Notes under the pieces: generated by a model
What the model was told of the DNA's origin: nothing
Databases searched by the model: none
The model's input: only the letters and a program-made list of their open reading frames with translations
Position numbers and translations under genes: made by a program
Shown: piece after piece, positions 47,435 through 56,218 of the stretch
Layout: each line of letters starts with the position of its first letter
How positions within the stretch are numbered: position 1 is the first letter of the stretch
Source of the DNA: Ignavibacteriota bacterium
GTDB lineage: Bacteria; Bacteroidota; Ignavibacteria; UBA10030; UBA6906
DNA: 64,000 nucleotides
Assembly (NCBI GenBank): GCA_963801355.1
Contig: CAWDEM010000008.1
Span: 2,112,001 to 2,176,000, forward strand
Direction: 5' to 3'

Positions 47435-48576
47435 TGCTGGATCCCTTTAAGTATGGCAAATCCATCTCCACCGATGTTGCCAACTCCCACGACAAGACAT
47501 CCGGCGGACAACTGCATACGCTCCAACGCCCGCACCGGATGACGCACATCGTCCGGCGACCACACATGGATTCTCTGGTTATCGACCCCCTGCTCCCGCA
47601 ATGCCCGTCGGGTCAGCTCGCGGTGGGTCCCCGTAACGGCGACCCGTTCAAGATCCGGGAGCGATCCGCACCACCCGGCAAACTGAAGTGATCGAAGCGG
47701 CCGGTCAGACCGCGTGTTCAGAATCACCGCGATGGGTCCACGATGAACGAGGTGATTCCTCCAGTACGCGACGAATTGCCGGGTGGACGGCACATCGTTC
47801 ACCGCAAAACCGTTGAGGAAGTGCACCCGGGCACCCGCAAGGTCGAACGCGTACACCGGTTTCTCCGTACTCTGGATCTCTTGAAGAATTGCCTCCATCG
47901 CCCTGTCCGGGTCAATCCCCAGTTCGCCGCATACGGTGAGGGCGAGCGCAACGTTGTCGGCGTGAATACCCGGAGGAAGCGCGGCAACAAACCGGCCCGG
48001 GAGTTTATCCGCTTGCAGTACCCGGGTCTGCTTGCGGCGGGCGTGTGAGGCAACCACATCTGCCCAGCATCGTTCGTTCGAGACAAGGACGGCACGGCGG
48101 GGAAGGAAAGCACAGACGGCATCGGCCTGATCACGAGTCGAAGTACCGAATTCCTCCCTGTGATCATCGAGTATATTGGTCAGAACGGAGATTGTCGGCC
48201 GGAAAAGGCGTGACTCGAGTGCCTGCAGCTGTGGATTGAGGGACATGCACTCCACGACGACGGTATCGCAGGAGGTGCGCCCTGTCAGGTGGAGGAAATT
48301 CACCTGCTCCTGCACGCGGGCGGGCCCACGCCGGTGAACGCGGGTTGTTGTGCCGTCGGGCAGCAGGAGGGTCGGCACTTCGCCTGTCACTTTGCCGAGG
48401 ACACGGTAGCCGCTCTCCCGAAGGACCGCCGTGATATACCGGACAACGCTTGATTTCCCCCGTGTCCCCCCTACATGCACACGCACCCGGAGTGCGGAGA
48501 CGCGTGCGCGGACTGCGAGCGCCTCTACTGCTAAAGCCGTGCAAACGAGACCAAGGAGGACCGCTACGGTCACCAT
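47425..48576 (-). CDS. pgsB: Poly-gamma-glutamate synthase PgsB/CapB (Mur-ligase-like)
   Basis: N-terminal TM; RVHVGGTRGKSS P-loop, GKVTG, EQ, VVECMSLNPQLQ, TNILDDH, NGFAVND, NTRSDR. Confidence 0.92.
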   Translation of the reverse strand: MVTVAVLLGLVCTALAVEALAVRARVSALRVRVHVGGTRGKSSVVRYITAVLRESGYRVLGKVTGEVPTLLLPDGTTTRVHRRGPARVQEQVNFLHLTGRTSCDTVVVECMSLNPQLQALESRLFRPTISVLTNILDDHREEFGTSTRDQADAVCAFLPRRAVLVSNERCWADVVASHARRKQTRVLQADKLPGRFVAALPPGIHADNVALALTVCGELGIDPDRAMEAILQEIQSTEKPVYAFDLAGARVHFLNGFAVNDVPSTRQFVAYWRNHLVHRGPIAVILNTRSDRPLRSLQFAGWCGSLPDLERVAVTGTHRELTRRALREQGVDNQRIHVWSPDDVRHPVRALERMQLSAGCLVVGVGNIGGDGFAILKGIQQWS

Positions 48577-48579
48577 TGA

Positions 48580-49134
48580 CTATTTGAATGCAGCAGCAAG
48601 AGGTTCGATGACCCCTGCTATCTTGTCGACTACCTCAATCTTCACCTTGCGGTTTGCGGCGATCTTTGTAAAGAACCCATCCTCGTTTCCCTGTTTCACG
48701 ACGATGAGTTGTCGGGCGGCCTCCGCGGCGAATTTATTGAAGTCATCCGACTGGGTCCCCCTGCGCGCCTTGCCCCCGATGTGCAATGTGATGATGGGCA
48801 GCTTTGCCGCCTGTGATGCAGCCACAATGGCTTTCACCCTCTCCATTTCCTGATCCCGGCTCGTGCCCGCCGCACCCAGTCCCTTCGAGCTGAAGCCGGC
48901 GACGATCATGAGCGTCTTGAAGCCCTTCAAGTCGGCTACAGAGGCCGCCGGAATCACCTTGGCTTCCAGTCCGGCTTTCTTGCAGAGACTTCCTGCAAGA
49001 GTCACATCGGCACTCTGGCCGGCAGAGGTAATCAGGATCGGCGACTGGAAGGCAGATGTACCCTGGGGCATCACCGGGGCAGTCGCCGCGAAGAAAAGAA
49101 CAATGACAGCCAACAGCAGATATTGACGTCGCAT
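48580..49134 (-). CDS. Exported DUF6305-like protein
   Basis: Signal peptide; PILITSAGQSAD, KTLMIVAGFSSKGLGAAG, LHIGGKARRG..SD, GNEDGFFT; start at ATG 49134 after GGAG. Confidence 0.7.
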   Translation of the reverse strand: MRRQYLLLAVIVLFFAATAPVMPQGTSAFQSPILITSAGQSADVTLAGSLCKKAGLEAKVIPAASVADLKGFKTLMIVAGFSSKGLGAAGTSRDQEMERVKAIVAASQAAKLPIITLHIGGKARRGTQSDDFNKFAAEAARQLIVVKQGNEDGFFTKIAANRKVKIEVVDKIAGVIEPLAAAFK

Positions 49135-49189
49135 GGTGCTCTCCATAGATGAACCGGATGTACACAATATACTACTATTTCCGCTTTGC

Positions 49190-50323
49190 TTACCGGAGGT
49201 ACCGTTCAACGCCCTCTTGCAGGAGTGCCGTGTAGGTCGGCAGCCTCTCCAATGTGAACGGGGAATCCGGATGCTGCACATTGTACGCATCGGTGAGCGC
49301 CCGGAGCCCTTGCACGTGACGGGCAACGCGTCGCGACAGCGACTCTCCGCCCGGGTCGTAGGTGATACGCATCGTTCCCAGCTGTTCGGCAATCCGGTAC
49401 CAGGGATCGACACCGGAGACGAGGAGCTCCTCTGAAGTTCGGCCGCGCAGCCGCCCCTGGATGGGATTGCTGGTCTCCATGAGAAACGGAATCACCGCCG
49501 TACAATCACCCCACTCGCGGTGACTCAAACCATGGAAATTCGTCGGTGACAGTTCCAGGGAGTACCGGAGGTCTTCAAACTCAAGATTCAGTACGGCATC
49601 TGCGGCCAGCTCCCGTCCCTTCTCGTGCGTGACGATTGCGTTGATAATGGGAATCTCCGGCGCCGCTTCGTGCAGGTCCACGGCGACATCCACATGTTCC
49701 CGTTTGATCAATGTGACGATGGCGAAGGCGGTCTGTTCCGTCAGCGAGCCGTCCGGTCGTCCAGGATAGGCTCTGTTCAGATTGCGAGTCTCATTGCCTG
49801 AGAGCTGCTGTGCCGAAGGATAGTGCAGATACACCATCGGATCGGGCCATTGATCGATGCCATTTGCGGCCCGTCCACCGAACCGGAATTTCCGTGTGCC
49901 GCTTCCCGTAACGAGAGAAAACGTTTGGGGAGACCCCTCCAGGGGATCCGTGCCGGTGAACCCGCTGGCACACGCCTGCGGGATGATCAGACAACGTCCG
50001 GTCCGGATGGAAAGCCGCTCGAGCAACAGTGTTGCCGCGATAAATCCCGCCGGCTCGTTCGGGTGGGTTCCACCCAGCACGAGCAGCGTCGGACCGGGGT
50101 CCCGGCCTTCAAACACGAACACACGCGTGTCTGCCCGCGTGCCGCGGAGCGACGGGCAGTAGGTACTCAGGGAGTCCACCTTCGTAAGAGCGTCCGATGG
50201 ATACAGGACGTCGGGCGACCACATGGAGACGAATTCCCTGCCCGCCACAACACAGAGAACGGCCACGATCATCAACAGGCCCAACGCTCGTGCATGATGT
50301 ACAACCATTGTCCGCGGCATCAT
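49190..50323 (-). CDS. Succinylglutamate desuccinylase/aspartoacylase-family Zn hydrolase, membrane-anchored
   Basis: GGTHPNEPAG, RNLNRAYPG, VDLHEA, HREWG, LMET; N-terminal TM; ATGA overlap with the upstream small gene. Confidence 0.85.
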   Translation of the reverse strand: MMPRTMVVHHARALGLLMIVAVLCVVAGREFVSMWSPDVLYPSDALTKVDSLSTYCPSLRGTRADTRVFVFEGRDPGPTLLVLGGTHPNEPAGFIAATLLLERLSIRTGRCLIIPQACASGFTGTDPLEGSPQTFSLVTGSGTRKFRFGGRAANGIDQWPDPMVYLHYPSAQQLSGNETRNLNRAYPGRPDGSLTEQTAFAIVTLIKREHVDVAVDLHEAAPEIPIINAIVTHEKGRELAADAVLNLEFEDLRYSLELSPTNFHGLSHREWGDCTAVIPFLMETSNPIQGRLRGRTSEELLVSGVDPWYRIAEQLGTMRITYDPGGESLSRRVARHVQGLRALTDAYNVQHPDSPFTLERLPTYTALLQEGVERYLR

Positions 50324-50466
50324 TTGACCTGCAAGATGCGCAAGAACAGAGGGATAAGCACCAATGCGAGTGCGATTTGCTCGCGCCACCGCTTCTCAGT
50401 AAACAGCTCGGCAATGAGCAATCCTGCACAATACACTGCAAGAGCGATGTACATCCAGTGCAGCAT
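50320..50466 (-). CDS. Small two-TM membrane protein, 48 aa (missed by the ORF track)
   Basis: MLHWMYIALAVYCAGLLIAELFTEKRWREQIALALVLIPLFLRILQVK*; SD AAGGA; stop overlaps the next ATG. Confidence 0.8.
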   Translation of the reverse strand: MLHWMYIALAVYCAGLLIAELFTEKRWREQIALALVLIPLFLRILQVK

Positions 50467-50481
50467 ACACGTTCCTTCTTC

Positions 50482-51777
50482 CTAGTACCGGATCATGGAC
50501 CCGAGTTGAGCCGCGTAGATGATCATGAGGATTCCCACGACAAGGGAAAGCACTATCAGGGGGAGGCTCTCCCGCAGGATGCGGAAGTGATTCTTTTCGC
50601 CCACCAGTTGAGCCGCGAAGACACAGAGCAACGACGGAGGGGGCATGAGGTCCCCCAGCCCTGCGATCAGTGACAACGCCGACGACACGACAATCTCATT
50701 GCGGCCCAGGAACACATAGACCAGCGGGACGCCCAACACTGACGATGCCGCATACGCGGAACCGAAGGCCGGCATGATTCCCGCAATGCCGAGATAGAGC
50801 AGGGCGGGCGGAAGCTGGAGCGCACTCACCGCAATGAATCCCCGCACACCGGTGAGAGTCATGATCTGGACAAACATCCCGACTCCCACGAGGATGACCA
50901 TGATGGGAAGCGCATCACGGATCGCAACACGCGATACACGCAAGAAGTTAACCCGCTCCCCTGTCCCCCACGCCGCCGCAGCACCCAGCATGAACACGAG
51001 AGGTACACCGATGTCCGGCACCCGGGCCGGCACCACACGTACTGCTACCATGAAGCCGATCACCACAAGCAACGGGAGAAAGAGCTTAGCCCCGTGACGA
51101 CTGTAGACGGACGGTGGGAGCTTGGCCAGGACGGCATCGGGGGCGATGGTGCGGATGTAGCGGACACGGAAATAGACGGCGGTAATGATCGCCAACGGCA
51201 GAGTGGCGATGAGGAGCGGAAGCTCGAAGCCGATGTACGGCATATCCACACCCCCGCCGATGATCATCACAGGAATATTGATCGGCGGTGCAATCATGCC
51301 ATAGACGGCAGCCATCGCCACGAATGAGCCAACCGCCACCGGAGGCACTCCCATCGCCAGCAGCGCGGGTGTCACAAGCGCGCCGGTCGTGAGAATGCAC
51401 GCCGACGAGAGGCCGGTGAGCATTCCGGGAAACATCACGAACAACATTACCAGGATGATCAAGAGCGTCGGCCACCGGTAGAGAGAACGGATCATCGCGA
51501 CGCTGATGGCCCCTAAGGCCCCGCTGGCTTCAATGGCTTTCATGAAGATCATCGCCGATGCGATGATCAACACGGCATCGAGATACCCGAATGTCCCTTC
51601 GACAAGATGACGCACCGGGAAGCCGTATCCTCCCGCGAGCGCGCCAGCGACCGATGCGAGCGCGAGCGCCAGCCCTGCCGGGAGTTTCCACCAGAACACT
51701 CCAACAGCAAACACCGCCAGCATGATCAGCAGGACAATGAGTTCCAGGGGCATCAGAGTGTCCGCGGGTTCATTCAA
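50482..51777 (-). CDS. DctM-like / ion-transporter-superfamily permease
   Basis: About 12 hydrophobic segments; HLVEG, IEASGAL, MFPGMLTG, GMIAPPINIP, GDLMPP. Confidence 0.8.
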   Translation of the reverse strand: MNEPADTLMPLELIVLLIMLAVFAVGVFWWKLPAGLALALASVAGALAGGYGFPVRHLVEGTFGYLDAVLIIASAMIFMKAIEASGALGAISVAMIRSLYRWPTLLIILVMLFVMFPGMLTGLSSACILTTGALVTPALLAMGVPPVAVGSFVAMAAVYGMIAPPINIPVMIIGGGVDMPYIGFELPLLIATLPLAIITAVYFRVRYIRTIAPDAVLAKLPPSVYSRHGAKLFLPLLVVIGFMVAVRVVPARVPDIGVPLVFMLGAAAAWGTGERVNFLRVSRVAIRDALPIMVILVGVGMFVQIMTLTGVRGFIAVSALQLPPALLYLGIAGIMPAFGSAYAASSVLGVPLVYVFLGRNEIVVSSALSLIAGLGDLMPPPSLLCVFAAQLVGEKNHFRILRESLPLIVLSLVVGILMIIYAAQLGSMIRY

Positions 51778-51804
51778 CCCGACACGAAGTTCTTTTGAAC
51801 CCGA

Positions 51805-52818
51805 TTATCTGTCCGCCGGACTACAGGAGAACAGATCTCGTTTCAGGGTATATGCCTCCAACGCCGTTGCAGTGGCGGGTGAGACCTGTGTGATAAGGGC
51901 ACCGATGGATGATATTTCCCCGGGGGTAATGACTGCCCGGGAAACCACTTCAACAAGGATCTCCGGCTTCTCAGCACGGCGCGGCCTCTTCTCCGGGAAA
52001 AGGATATCGCTCATCCGCGTGTTGGGATCGACCACGGCGGCTTGACGAACCCCCTGTTCTTCTAACGCACGGAGGAACTCCGGGGCGGTATATCCGTAAT
52101 GTGTGCAGCAAAGCCCCGCCAGCACCGTGCCGGGCTTCCGGGGCAGTTTCTCCAGGGCATCGGCGACAAACATATCTATCGACGATTGCACGATGTCGCC
52201 CCGCGCATCCGCTTCAATCTCGCCGGCAAGATTCGGGCATGCCTGGTTCACCAGGCGTGATGAATCGATGCCCTTCTCGATGAGTAGCCTGCGGTGTGTT
52301 CCCGCTCCGATCGTTGTCTCGGTACCGAAAATGATGGCTGTTGCATCTGCATCCGCCGTCAACCGTTCAAACAGCATCTCCACACCGGTTTCCACTATGC
52401 CGAGTACGGGTATTGAGCCCGCGGCAGCGAAGCGTGTCTCCGGTATCAGGACAGAAAGCGTGTTACAGGCCACCAGAATCACATCGGGCCTATACCAGTG
52501 AGCCATTCCCTGCAGCGCAGCATCAAACACCTGCACTTTCTCCGCCGTGCTATTCATCCGGTTGTATCCCCTGTTCGCTTCGGGTAGGGCGTTGGCGAAC
52601 ACAATCCGCAGCTTCCGGTAAATTCCCGTCTGCCGTGCACGTGATTCCACGTCTGCGCAGACCGAAAGTCCGCCGAGTCCGGAATCGGTCACGAGCACTG
52701 TTATTGAATCTCTCTCCGCCAAACGTCCGATGCGCATACGAACGGAGTCCCTGCCAAGGGACTCTGAGATCGGCACAAGCATCATGAGACCCGCCAGGGT
52801 TGTTGTGAAAGGATGCAC
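51805..52818 (-). CDS. Glutamate/aspartate racemase-family protein with a probable signal peptide
   Basis: VTDSGLGGLSV, VACNT, GTETTI, ACPNLA, LCCTHY (both catalytic Cys present); N-terminus MHPFTTTLAGLMMLVPISESLG; start GTG 52818 or TTG 52830. Confidence 0.85.
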   Translation of the reverse strand: MHPFTTTLAGLMMLVPISESLGRDSVRMRIGRLAERDSITVLVTDSGLGGLSVCADVESRARQTGIYRKLRIVFANALPEANRGYNRMNSTAEKVQVFDAALQGMAHWYRPDVILVACNTLSVLIPETRFAAAGSIPVLGIVETGVEMLFERLTADADATAIIFGTETTIGAGTHRRLLIEKGIDSSRLVNQACPNLAGEIEADARGDIVQSSIDMFVADALEKLPRKPGTVLAGLCCTHYGYTAPEFLRALEEQGVRQAAVVDPNTRMSDILFPEKRPRRAEKPEILVEVVSRAVITPGEISSIGALITQVSPATATALEAYTLKRDLFSCSPADR

Positions 52819-52973
52819 TGTATTCCCCAATTACCGGTTATTTGCAGCAGGTTTCGAGTTGGCCCATGCGAAAATGTCTGGATTTGGAGGCCGAATATCA
52901 AGTCCCCGATTGTACCTCTCATCTTTAGTGGATATCTTTGCAGTGAGACAGCTCCTCCTTACGCAAGGTGCCT

Positions 52974-54458
52974 ATGCGTCCCAGATGCTTCGTTGCACTC
53001 CTTGTCCCGGTTCTCCTCGCGTCGTTTCTCTTTGCGGAGACACTTCCCCGCCGGACGCTCCTGATCCGCATCGACAACGTGACATCCGATGCGCTCGTGA
53101 AATCGGGCATTCTGGATCTTGATGAGTACGAGTATCGCAGCATAGTTTCCGTGGTGCGTGATACGGCATTCGCGCTCGTGACTCCCGCCGAACTGAACCT
53201 CCTCCGTGAACGCGGTTTCGCGTGCGTGACCGTGGCGGAGGATTCGAGCGAGCTTGCGCTTGTCCGGCGCGCGGTGTACGGCCCCACCCTCCGCCTGGAA
53301 AAACCGTACCACACCTACGCGGAGATCGTCCGGGAGATGGAATCACTGCAGAAAGCGTTCCCCGCCCTCGTCCAGGTTTTTCCGGTCGGGGTCACGACCC
53401 GGACGGAACAACCAATTTATGCAGTCAGGATCACGCGTGACGTCAAGAAGAACAACGCCCGCCCTGCCATTCTGATCAACGGTTGCCACCATAGTGACGA
53501 AGTCCTCGGAGCGGAGATCTGTGTCGCAACGGTGCACGAACTCCTGGAACGGTACGGGACGGATCAGGATGTCTCGCGCTGGGTGGACATGTTCCAGATA
53601 TATATCATCCCGGTGTTGAACGTGGAGGGTCACGACATCGTGACGTCCGGAAAGGATCCGCGATGGCGGAAAAATACGCGCGATACCGACAGCAACGGGG
53701 CGCTGAACTTTCCGGATGGCGTCGACCTCAACAGGAACTATGACTTCAACTGGGCTCATGGAGGCAGCGGGGAACCGTCAAGCGGTCGATATCGTGGTGC
53801 ATTCCCGTTTTCCGAGTCGGAATCACGCGCCTTCGCCGGCCTCGCACAGCAGAAACGCTTCGTTCTCTCCCTGACCTACCACAGCCAGGGGGAAGTCATT
53901 TACTATCCCTGGATCTGGAGCGGGCGCAAAGCTCCGGACGATCTTCTCCTCACGGAGATCGCACACGGTCTCGCCGGCAGCATTCCGACAATGCGTGGTG
54001 ATACGTCGTACAAGGCAGAGTATGGCGCCGGGCTTGTCGGACAATCCTACCCCTGGCTGTACGGAAGACTCGGCACATGTGATTTTGTTGTGGAGACGGG
54101 GAAAGGAGCCAGCATTTTTCCTCCCCATGAAGTTGCGGGAATCGTACGCGCAAATCTCAAGGGAATCCGCTACATGCTTCACCGGGCTGAAGGTCCCGGA
54201 CTTGCGGTGCATGTGATAGATGCCAAAACCGGTATCCCGCTCGAAGCCGCAGTCTGGTTCCCTGCCATAGAAACCGAGGACGTCGACCGACGTACCAGCC
54301 ATCCGGAGACCGGAATGCTCTATCGTCTCCTGAAACCCGGATCGTACACCTTGATTGTATCCAGGCCCGGCTATGGTCCCGTGGTCCTGAACAACATCGC
54401 CGCCGGTGATACGGGTTGGACACCAGTGGAAGTGCGGCTTGAAAAGTCGGGAAGGTGA
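52974..54458 (+). CDS. M14 zinc carboxypeptidase (carboxypeptidase T-like), exported
   Basis: YHTYAE, GCHHSDE, IPVLNVEG, WRKN, GVDLNRNY, FSESES, TYHSQG, FVVE; C-terminal transthyretin-like domain; signal peptide. Confidence 0.9.
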   Translation: MRPRCFVALLVPVLLASFLFAETLPRRTLLIRIDNVTSDALVKSGILDLDEYEYRSIVSVVRDTAFALVTPAELNLLRERGFACVTVAEDSSELALVRRAVYGPTLRLEKPYHTYAEIVREMESLQKAFPALVQVFPVGVTTRTEQPIYAVRITRDVKKNNARPAILINGCHHSDEVLGAEICVATVHELLERYGTDQDVSRWVDMFQIYIIPVLNVEGHDIVTSGKDPRWRKNTRDTDSNGALNFPDGVDLNRNYDFNWAHGGSGEPSSGRYRGAFPFSESESRAFAGLAQQKRFVLSLTYHSQGEVIYYPWIWSGRKAPDDLLLTEIAHGLAGSIPTMRGDTSYKAEYGAGLVGQSYPWLYGRLGTCDFVVETGKGASIFPPHEVAGIVRANLKGIRYMLHRAEGPGLAVHVIDAKTGIPLEAAVWFPAIETEDVDRRTSHPETGMLYRLLKPGSYTLIVSRPGYGPVVLNNIAAGDTGWTPVEVRLEKSGR

Positions 54459-54488
54459 GATCGACGGGGGCAATTCCAGGGCAGCAGC

Positions 54489-56051
54489 TCACAACAACAC
54501 GAGCTTGCGGGTCTCTTCGATAAAGCCCGCCGGGCCGGCCTCGACACCACCCGATGAACTGCTCGCCGACATCCGGTAGAAATACACGCCGCTCGCGAGC
54601 CCCCTGGCATCAAATGTGGCCGTGTGGTTGCCCGGCATTCTCTCCCCATCCACCAGCACTGCAACCTCACGCCCGAGCAGATCATACACGGCCAGCCTGA
54701 CCCGGCTGGACCCCGGCCCAGGGACACTGAACCCTATCGTCGTGCTTGGATTGAACGGGTTCGGATAATTTTGGAAAAGCTGCACACTCTGCGGCCTCCC
54801 GCCGGCTGCCGCTTCAACTCCGGTTGCTCTGAACGCCGCCTTTATACCGTTCCATATTTCCGAACGCCCGCCTTCGTGGCTAAGCGCCCATATGCCGACT
54901 CCAGCCAGCGCCCGGGCATTGGCGAGGTTGTACTTCAGCGCAAGACTGAGGCTGTCATCGTACCAGACCTGGCGCCATGTCGTCCCTGACATGTAGGTAA
55001 ACCAGGGAACCTGTGTGGTTGCATCGAAGATCTTCCCGTAGGAGCCCGCCATCGGTTCAGCCACAGAATAGACCCGTGAGGAAGCCGTCCCCGTGGCAGC
55101 GGACTTGCGGTCGCCACTTACGACAGGCCAATCAAGTCCGTACCATGGCACACCGAGCAGCAATTTCTGCGGAGGTACTCCGGCGGCAAGATAGGTGTCA
55201 ATGGTCCGTGTGATGTTGTAGTTCTCCCCTGCAAGCGGCGCGACAGGGCCGGCGGTGGTGGATCCGCTCCAGTAGTAATCATACCCCATCACAATCAGAT
55301 AGTCGCATATCTGTCCGAGCTGGACGAAGTCCCATGTACCGGACCAGTCAACTGACGGCGTAGCCATAGAAATTTCGGCGCCGGGGATTGCAGCTTTGAT
55401 CCGTGTTACGGCCCGGCGCATGAACGCAACAAGGTTCGCCCGCTGGGTGTTGCGCACCATTTCGAGGTCAAAATTCACCCCATCCCCGCTCCGTGAGGCA
55501 AGCAGGGAAATCAGTGTCGTCAGCATCTGCTCCTGCTTCAGCGTGTCCCCCAGTATCATGTCGTTCTGGTCGTAGCCGAAATTCGTGACCGTCAGCGTGA
55601 CCTTGACGCCCCGTTCATGTGCATAGCTGATGATCGGCGTTGTATTCCACGCCCGTATTGTTGTGTATCCGCCCGTGGCCGGGTCGGTCTCATAGCTGAA
55701 ATACGCAATATGAGTCAGAGCCGAGTAGTCGAAAGAGAGATATGCGTTGGCTGCAGCCCAGTAGGGATGCCATCCGTATACATACCTGCCAGTTGCGCTA
55801 TTTCCGCCGGACCTGCCGATCAAAGGAACCGGGGCAGCCGGATCACCAGCCGTGGTGATGGTATCATTGCGATGCATCTCTGCTTCTATCTGATGGATAC
55901 CGGAGTGCCAGACTTCTTGTTGTGCGAGGGCAAGCGCGGGCAGGAGGGACAGCAGGAGGAAACCTTGGGATGCAATCGTGTGTGCCACAATCCGTCGGCG
56001 CAGAACGTGCATGCTCCTTGTAAAGATACAACCTGTGCGGTAATTGCGCAT
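54489..56051 (-). CDS. GH18 family hydrolase with T9SS CTD (start 56051 or 56012)
   Basis: LTHIAYFS, DGVNFDLE, VMGYDY, KLLLGVPWYG, VWYDD, GVGIWAL, NYPNPFNP. Confidence 0.88.
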   Translation of the reverse strand: MRNYRTGCIFTRSMHVLRRRIVAHTIASQGFLLLSLLPALALAQQEVWHSGIHQIEAEMHRNDTITTAGDPAAPVPLIGRSGGNSATGRYVYGWHPYWAAANAYLSFDYSALTHIAYFSYETDPATGGYTTIRAWNTTPIISYAHERGVKVTLTVTNFGYDQNDMILGDTLKQEQMLTTLISLLASRSGDGVNFDLEMVRNTQRANLVAFMRRAVTRIKAAIPGAEISMATPSVDWSGTWDFVQLGQICDYLIVMGYDYYWSGSTTAGPVAPLAGENYNITRTIDTYLAAGVPPQKLLLGVPWYGLDWPVVSGDRKSAATGTASSRVYSVAEPMAGSYGKIFDATTQVPWFTYMSGTTWRQVWYDDSLSLALKYNLANARALAGVGIWALSHEGGRSEIWNGIKAAFRATGVEAAAGGRPQSVQLFQNYPNPFNPSTTIGFSVPGPGSSRVRLAVYDLLGREVAVLVDGERMPGNHTATFDARGLASGVYFYRMSASSSSGGVEAGPAGFIEETRKLVLL

Positions 56052-56111
56052 TCTCTCTCTTGGGGTGTCTGTCGAATATACGCCGCGACGATACTGATGT
56101 CAACCCACCAC

Positions 56112-56145
56112 AGTTTCACCCTGTCCGGAGTTTCACCCTGTCCGG
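56112..56145. repeat. Perfect 17-bp tandem duplication in a divergent promoter region
   Basis: AGTTTCACCCTGTCCGG twice. Confidence 0.85.
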
Positions 56146-56218
56146 GTTTTCCCTATATTCAAATGAATTCCTATGCGATCTGCATCGATTTCAGTGCACA
56201 CTTCACCGGACAGGCCCG

